Assembly (NCBI GenBank): GCA_018304385.1 | Contig: JAGVWJ010000008.1 | Location: 1 to 64,000, forward strand | DNA from: Candidatus Micrarchaeota archaeon | GTDB taxonomy: Archaea > Micrarchaeota > Micrarchaeia > Anstonellales > Bilamarchaeaceae | Reading direction: 5' to 3' | Length of the DNA stretch: 64,000 nt | Shown: positions 59,225 through 64,000 of the stretch, one piece after another | Layout of the letters: each line of letters opens with the position of its first letter | Numbering within the stretch: the stretch's first letter is position 1 | Notes under the pieces: model-generated | What the model saw: the letters and a program-made list of their open reading frames with translations, nothing else | Told to the model about the DNA's origin: nothing | Databases searched by the model: none | Translations under genes and position numbers: made by a program

Positions 59225-59495
59225 GAAATCTGGAAAAAACATCTACAAAGCTGGAAAGCTAATTAAAATAGACTTGAAATACGATGACGCAATTCTAGAG
59301 ATTAAGATTCATGGAGATTTCTTTCTTTATCCTGAAGATGCGATAGAAAAATTGCAATCGCAATTAATTGGCACTGTCATTGACAAAAATGCAATAAAGA
59401 CTCGAATTGATTCAATTCTAGAACGAGAAGGCATCGAACCATTTGGATTCACAAGCGAACAGCTTGCTGAAGCGATTATTGGTGCTTGTAAATAG
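59223..59495 (+). CDS. Lipoate-protein ligase C-terminal/accessory subunit (LplB-like)
   Basis: YKAGKLIKI, IKIHGDFFLYPEDAIEKL, FGFTSEQL; near lipA and gcv genes. Confidence 0.85.
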   Translation: MKSGKNIYKAGKLIKIDLKYDDAILEIKIHGDFFLYPEDAIEKLQSQLIGTVIDKNAIKTRIDSILEREGIEPFGFTSEQLAEAIIGACK

Positions 59496-59550
59496 CTTTT
59501 TAATCCTTTCTATAGTAACAGATGATCAAATCAAATTACGGTGAAAGAAT

Positions 59551-59649
59551 ATGATAAAGCCAATGAGAATGGAAGAAGAAGAAGATTGGGAAGACGAAGA
59601 TTTCGACGAAGAAGAATGGGATGAGGAAGAAGAAGAAGACGAATTCTAA
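59551..59649 (+). CDS. 32-aa hyperacidic peptide
   Basis: GGTGA SD at 59540-59544; MIKPMRMEEEEDWEDEDFDEEEWDEEEEEDEF*. Confidence 0.7.
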   Translation: MIKPMRMEEEEDWEDEDFDEEEWDEEEEEDEF

Positions 59650-59945
59650 TTCAATTTTTCTAATTCTACTTTTATTTCTTTTGTTTCTCCTCTATCTACA
59701 CGAAATGCATCTACGTATCCGGTATAACCGTCCTTTGTTATTACTATTGTGTGCTTACCAGGAGATAATGAGACCTCTAAGGAGCCACTGGCAGGCGTAA
59801 ACCCTCTAGGAACGTCATCTATAATTACCCTTGCGCCTTCTGGTAAAGAACTAATTTCTGCAAAACCTGTAGGCGAATTTGCCTTGCTAATAATTAGAAA
59901 CAATAGAAAAAACATACCAGTTACAAAAACAACCTTTTCAGCCAT
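59646..59945 (-). CDS. PEGA domain protein
   Basis: N-terminal TM; ISSLPEGARVIIDD, GFTP, LSPGKHTIVITKDGY. Confidence 0.88.
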   Translation of the reverse strand: MAEKVVFVTGMFFLLFLIISKANSPTGFAEISSLPEGARVIIDDVPRGFTPASGSLEVSLSPGKHTIVITKDGYTGYVDAFRVDRGETKEIKVELEKLN

Positions 59946-60014
59946 CTAATCACCCTTAACATATTATAAAGAAATAACAATATAAATCATTCTGCAAGTA
60001 TATTAATAATTAAC

Positions 60015-60446
60015 GGGCCCGTAGCTCAGCCAGCCTTGAATTGCAAATTCAAGATTTGCAGGCAAGGCCTGCAATGGACAGATCGGCAGCCTTCTATGCC
60101 CAGCCTTTTTAGAATCTTGAGTATTTCTCATGGAAAAAAGGCTAGGCTTAACCCAAAAACTAGGATTACTTGTTTTGGGGCTCGACCTTTTCGACATTAA
60201 AATATAGAAGTGTTGAAAAGGGCGAAAGAGGATAGCTGTAGGACATGGGTTCAAAGCCATATCCCCTTTCTTAGGAAGAAAGGGGCTGAGTCATTCACCC
60301 CCAAAGAAGCGGTGATTGTCTGAGTTATACCTAAAATTGCCGACGCATGCTTTGCATGCGTCTAAAGCGCATTTATAAGAAAAATCTTAGGATAGCGCGG
60401 CTATTTCGCATAGGTATAACAATGGACGAAATTCCCATCGGGCCCG
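60015..60446 (+). tRNA. tRNA-Arg(UCU) with three introns (17/17a, 37/38, 59/60)
   Basis: Exons 60015-60031, 60075-60096, 60234-60255 and 60433-60446 join to 75-nt GGGCCCGTAGCTCAGCC|TGGACAGATCGGCAGCCTTCTA|AGCTGTAGGACATGGGTTCAAA|TCCCATCGGGCCCG; one C11-U24 mismatch. Confidence 0.9.
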
Positions 60447-60526
60447 TATTTTATTTTCCTATTTTAGCATGCTTTAAATTCCTTTTCTATTTAAAACATC
60501 TATTATATAATCACTTATTCTAATTT

Positions 60527-60793
60527 ATGGATGTGGTTCTAATGGATTCAAAAATAAAACAGATAAATGAAATGATCGAACACTTGATAGGTGATACTAC
60601 TGTTCCAAAAAATATTAGAAAGGTGCTAACAGAAGCGAATGGCCGATTAAAAGGTGCTGAAGAACCAATAGTAAAAGCTAGTGCTGCAATCTATCTTATT
60701 GAATCAATAAGCGATGATATAAACATGCCTGCGCACGCACGAACGCAAATATGGGGGATAATTAGTGCATTGGAAGGGCTAAAAAACCAATAG
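60527..60793 (+). CDS. UPF0147 family protein
   Basis: DTTVPKNIR, ISDDINMPAHARTQIWGIISALE. Confidence 0.9.
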   Translation: MDVVLMDSKIKQINEMIEHLIGDTTVPKNIRKVLTEANGRLKGAEEPIVKASAAIYLIESISDDINMPAHARTQIWGIISALEGLKNQ

Positions 60794-60801
60794 GCGATTT
60801 T

Positions 60802-61938
60802 TTGCTAGAAAAATTAATGGAAAAAGGAATAAGACTTACACTTGATGCAGAAGAACAAATAAAAAAAAGCGATGTGCAAGACGAGATTGTTGATGAGTTA
60901 CTAACATTGAACAAACCACTTATATCCAAAGAAGATGTTGAATCTATTTTAAATAAAAAAATAACCTCCCCAATTGTGGATATAAAGTCTGCAACTAATT
61001 TTTTACCACTTGCAAAAGAATGGGACACAGATATTAAGATTAATCATACGCGAGATGTTACTGGTAAATCACGTGGAAAAGGAGAGCTAGATGATTTTGT
61101 AAGCTACTTTCGCAATCGTTATGAAAGGCTTGCGCGCTTGTTGCGCACTGGTAGCAAATACCCAAACGCAGACCTTAAAGACATAAAACGATATGTTAAC
61201 GAGAGGGTGCGCGTAATTGTAACTATTTCTGAGAAAAGAGAGACACAAAAAGGAAATACTTTATTCGAAATAGAAGATCTAACTGGCGCATTTAAGGCAG
61301 TTGTTTCTGCAAATAAGTTTTCAAAAGAAAAAGAATTGGCATTCGAAAAGGCAAAACAAGTGCTGTTGGACGATGTTGTAGCAGTTTCTGGCAAAGTTCT
61401 AGAACCCTACATAATAGTTGATGATATTGAATGGCCTGATCTGCCAGTTTTGCGTGAGCGCAAGCTAATAGAAAAGGATTTGGCTATTGCATATATTAGC
61501 GATATGCATTTTGGCTCAAGATATTTTTTAGATCATTATTTAGAGGCATTTTTAGATTGGTTACATGGAAAGGGAGAAGAACGTGAGCTTGCTAGTAAAG
61601 TAAAATATATTGTAGTTGCTGGCGACATAGTTGATGGTATTGGTGTTTATCCAAATCAGGAAAAGGAACTAGTTGTAAAAGATATTTACCAACAGTATAA
61701 AATGTTTGATGATTTTATGGAAAGAGTGCCTGATTACATAAAAGTAATAATGGCACCAGGAAATCATGATGCTGTACGCCGTGGCGAACCAATGCCTGCT
61801 GTGCCTAAGGATCTAATAAAATCTGATGAAGTTATTAGGATTGGTAATCCAAGCTGCGTTGCTATTGAAGGATTAAAGCATTTGGTTTATCATGGTACAT
61901 CAATGGACTCATTAATCGCTGCATTGCCTGATGGTTGA
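60802..61938 (+). CDS. polB: DNA polymerase II (PolD) small subunit DP1, N-terminal part (frameshifted)
   Basis: YFRNRYERL, OB fold, SDMHFGS, AGDIVDG, PGNHD, YHG; ends prematurely at IAALPDG*. Confidence 0.92.
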   Translation: MLEKLMEKGIRLTLDAEEQIKKSDVQDEIVDELLTLNKPLISKEDVESILNKKITSPIVDIKSATNFLPLAKEWDTDIKINHTRDVTGKSRGKGELDDFVSYFRNRYERLARLLRTGSKYPNADLKDIKRYVNERVRVIVTISEKRETQKGNTLFEIEDLTGAFKAVVSANKFSKEKELAFEKAKQVLLDDVVAVSGKVLEPYIIVDDIEWPDLPVLRERKLIEKDLAIAYISDMHFGSRYFLDHYLEAFLDWLHGKGEERELASKVKYIVVAGDIVDGIGVYPNQEKELVVKDIYQQYKMFDDFMERVPDYIKVIMAPGNHDAVRRGEPMPAVPKDLIKSDEVIRIGNPSCVAIEGLKHLVYHGTSMDSLIAALPDG

Positions 61939-62224
61939 ATATTTAAAGCGCAGGCATCTTTCTCCTATTTATGGCGGCAATTTAATAATTCCTGAAAAGG
62001 TAGATTATTTCGTAATAGAGGATGAACCAGATGTTTTGCATTGCGGTCATGTGCACAAAAACGGATATGCACTTTATCGCGGCACATTAGTAATTAACTC
62101 GGGCACATTCCAAGATAGAACAGAATATCAGATTAAACAAGGACATGTACCTACTCCTGCAATTGTACCGGTTTATGAGGCAAAATACGGCAGGTTAAAG
62201 AGTATTGATTTTAAGACGAGCTAA
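61931..62224 (+). CDS. polB: DP1 C-terminal part in the +1 frame
   Basis: YLKRRHLSPIYGG, PDVLHCGHVH, NSGTFQ, QGHVPTP. Confidence 0.9.
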   Translation: MVEYLKRRHLSPIYGGNLIIPEKVDYFVIEDEPDVLHCGHVHKNGYALYRGTLVINSGTFQDRTEYQIKQGHVPTPAIVPVYEAKYGRLKSIDFKTS

Positions 62225-62285
62225 ATTAAGCAACGCTAGCGATCTCTTTTTATTAATTTCCGCAGTATTTACTCTTGCGAGTTTT

Positions 62286-64000
62286 ATGCAAACTTCTTCT
62301 GATTATTTTGAAACATTAAAAAACGAGCTGCAAAAAGCATATGCAACTGCCAGTGCTGCACGCAGCAAGGGATTTGATCCTGAACGCGAGGTAGAAGTAA
62401 AAATTACAAGGGATGTTGCTGCCCGTGTTGAAGGAATTGTCGGGCCACCAGGCATTGCAGATATTATACGCAAAATGGAACAAGGCGGAAAGGCGCGTGA
62501 GGATGTTGCATTTGAGATTGTGCGCATGATTGCAAGTGGCGAAATAATAAAGAAAACAAAAGAAGAACTAATTGAACAAGCAGTGCGCACTGGTCTAGGA
62601 ATATTAACAGAAGGTGTATTAGTTGCTCCTACTGAAGGTATAGCAAAAATACGCATAAAAAATAATCCTGATGGAAGCGATTATGTTGCAGTTTATTATG
62701 CTGGTCCGATAAGAAGCGCGGGTGGAACTGCAGTTGCATTAAGCGTTGTGCTTGCAGATATTGCGCGAAGGGCATTAGGTATTGGCGATTATCGCACAAC
62801 TGATACACAAATAGAACGCTATGTAGAAGAGATCAATATTTATGAAGCGCGCGTTGCACATCTGCAGTATAAACCACCAGAGGATGACGTAAGGTGGGTT
62901 GTTAAGAACTGTGTAATTTGCGTTGATGGCGACCCTACAGAGGATGTTGAAGTAAGCGCATTTCGCAATGTACCTGGTGTAGAAACCAATCGCATTCGAG
63001 GTGGTATTCCACTAGTTATATGCGAAGGAATAGCACAAAAGGCAACTAAAGTTCTTAAATATACGAAAAAGCTTAAGCTAGGCTGGGACTGGCTTGAAAA
63101 AATAATAAAGATTTCGAGAAAAGAGGATAAAGTTGAAATAAAGCCAGACGATAATTATCTGGATGGATTGGTCGCTGGCAGGCCAGTATTCAGCTATCCT
63201 TCAACAAAAGGTGGATTTCGCTTACGCTATGGAAAAAGCAAAACAAATAGTTTAATGGCAAAAAATATTCATCCTGCAACTATGTTTGTATTAGAAAATT
63301 TTCTTGCATTTGGCACGCACATAAAAATTGAAAGGCCAGGAAAAGGTTGTGTGGTTGCACCTTGCGAACAGCTCGAGCCACCAGTAGTAAAACTAAAAGA
63401 TGGAAGCGTAATGAAAGTAAGAACAATAGAAGACGCACTTCGCATTAAGGAGAACATAGCAGAGATATTATTTCTTGGAGATATTCTTGTTACATATGGG
63501 GATTTCTACAAATCAAATCACCCTCTTCTCCCGAGTGCATGGTGTACAGAATGGTTTGAAAAAGAATGCGATGCAAAAAATGTTAAGGTACCGCACAAAT
63601 TAGATGGAAAGGAGGCATTTGAATTTTCAAAAACGCATAATGTACCTTTGCATCCTGATTATACGCTTAATTGGCATGATATAACTATCTTGCAGTTAAA
63701 ACAGCTTGTTGACTGGTTAATGACCGCTAAACCAATGTTTGAAAACGAAGAGCTGCGAGAAGTAGTAGTTAAAGCAACTGAATCTGTTGCAATATTAGAA
63801 GATCTTTTAGTTGAGTATAAGGCAGTTGGAGATAACATTGCTATTTCTAGTGATTATGGGTATTCGTTATTTGCTAGCTTAGGTATGCTTAATGATAAAG
63901 AAATAACAAATAAAAAATTCGAATCAGCTTTCTCTCTGGAGAAAAAACCGCTTGATATTGTTAATGAGCTTTCTGGAATTGTAATCAAAACAAAAATGCC
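62286..64000 (+). CDS. polC: DNA polymerase II (PolD) large subunit DP2 (partial, runs off the window end)
   Basis: Hand translation from ATG 62286: ARSKGFDP, AVRTGLGILTEGVLVAPTEGI, YYAGPIRSAGGT, NRIRGG, GRPVFSYP, GGFRLRYG. Confidence 0.97.
   Translation, partial: MQTSSDYFETLKNELQKAYATASAARSKGFDPEREVEVKITRDVAARVEGIVGPPGIADIIRKMEQGGKAREDVAFEIVRMIASGEIIKKTKEELIEQAVRTGLGILTEGVLVAPTEGIAKIRIKNNPDGSDYVAVYYAGPIRSAGGTAVALSVVLADIARRALGIGDYRTTDTQIERYVEEINIYEARVAHLQYKPPEDDVRWVVKNCVICVDGDPTEDVEVSAFRNVPGVETNRIRGGIPLVICEGIAQKATKVLKYTKKLKLGWDWLEKIIKISRKEDKVEIKPDDNYLDGLVAGRPVFSYPSTKGGFRLRYGKSKTNSLMAKNIHPATMFVLENFLAFGTHIKIERPGKGCVVAPCEQLEPPVVKLKDGSVMKVRTIEDALRIKENIAEILFLGDILVTYGDFYKSNHPLLPSAWCTEWFEKECDAKNVKVPHKLDGKEAFEFSKTHNVPLHPDYTLNWHDITILQLKQLVDWLMTAKPMFENEELREVVVKATESVAILEDLLVEYKAVGDNIAISSDYGYSLFASLGMLNDKEITNKKFESAFSLEKKPLDIVNELSGIVIKTKM

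Noticed and set aside
60003-60260. 85-aa minus-strand ORF
   Set aside because: Antisense to the tRNA-Arg gene and has no coding features; not an intron-encoded homing endonuclease
61936-61938. Selenocysteine/UGA readthrough in DP1
   Set aside because: The conserved downstream sequence is in a different frame, so readthrough would not restore it
62286-64000. Inteins in DP2 or MCM
   Set aside because: The visible parts are collinear with the expected motifs and have no large insertion or intein splice motifs

Overview
AT-rich archaeal chromosomal window, DPANN-like and probably Micrarchaeota (the lineage is inference from gene content). Housekeeping genes include MCM, PolD DP1/DP2, pelota, uL1/uL10/P1, eL41, MAP-II, apgM and purH. 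Metabolic genes include a chimeric riboflavin operon, AMP phosphorylase plus R15P isomerase, and a glycine-cleavage/lipoate cluster. Many lineage-specific secreted or surface genes are interspersed. Two signals stand out. (1) tRNA-Asp(GUC) and tRNA-Arg(UCU) each carry three BHB-type introns, and a degenerate tRNA-Tyr-like gene carries a 202-nt T-loop intron. These introns are homologous to one another across different tRNAs, insertion positions and orientations, which looks like a mobile, modular intron family. (2) An apparent bacteria-directed toolkit: two paralogous secreted proteins join an outer-membrane-type beta-barrel-like domain to peptidoglycan-binding-like domains, alongside four M23-like proteins, Hanks-type kinases, a serpin and a zincin. 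Also seen: an archaeal riboflavin synthase-lumazine synthase fusion, dispersed heptamer arrays starting at TAG stops, a structured insertion that duplicates the ribD start, a candidate small ncRNA and a 32-aa hyperacidic peptide. Several lesions affect conserved genes (MCM 21-bp duplication, AMP phosphorylase nonsense codon, DP1 frameshift, lost signal peptides) and may be biological or assembly errors. No rRNA, CRISPR array, integrase or transposase was found. All homology calls are from motif recognition only; no database searches were run.
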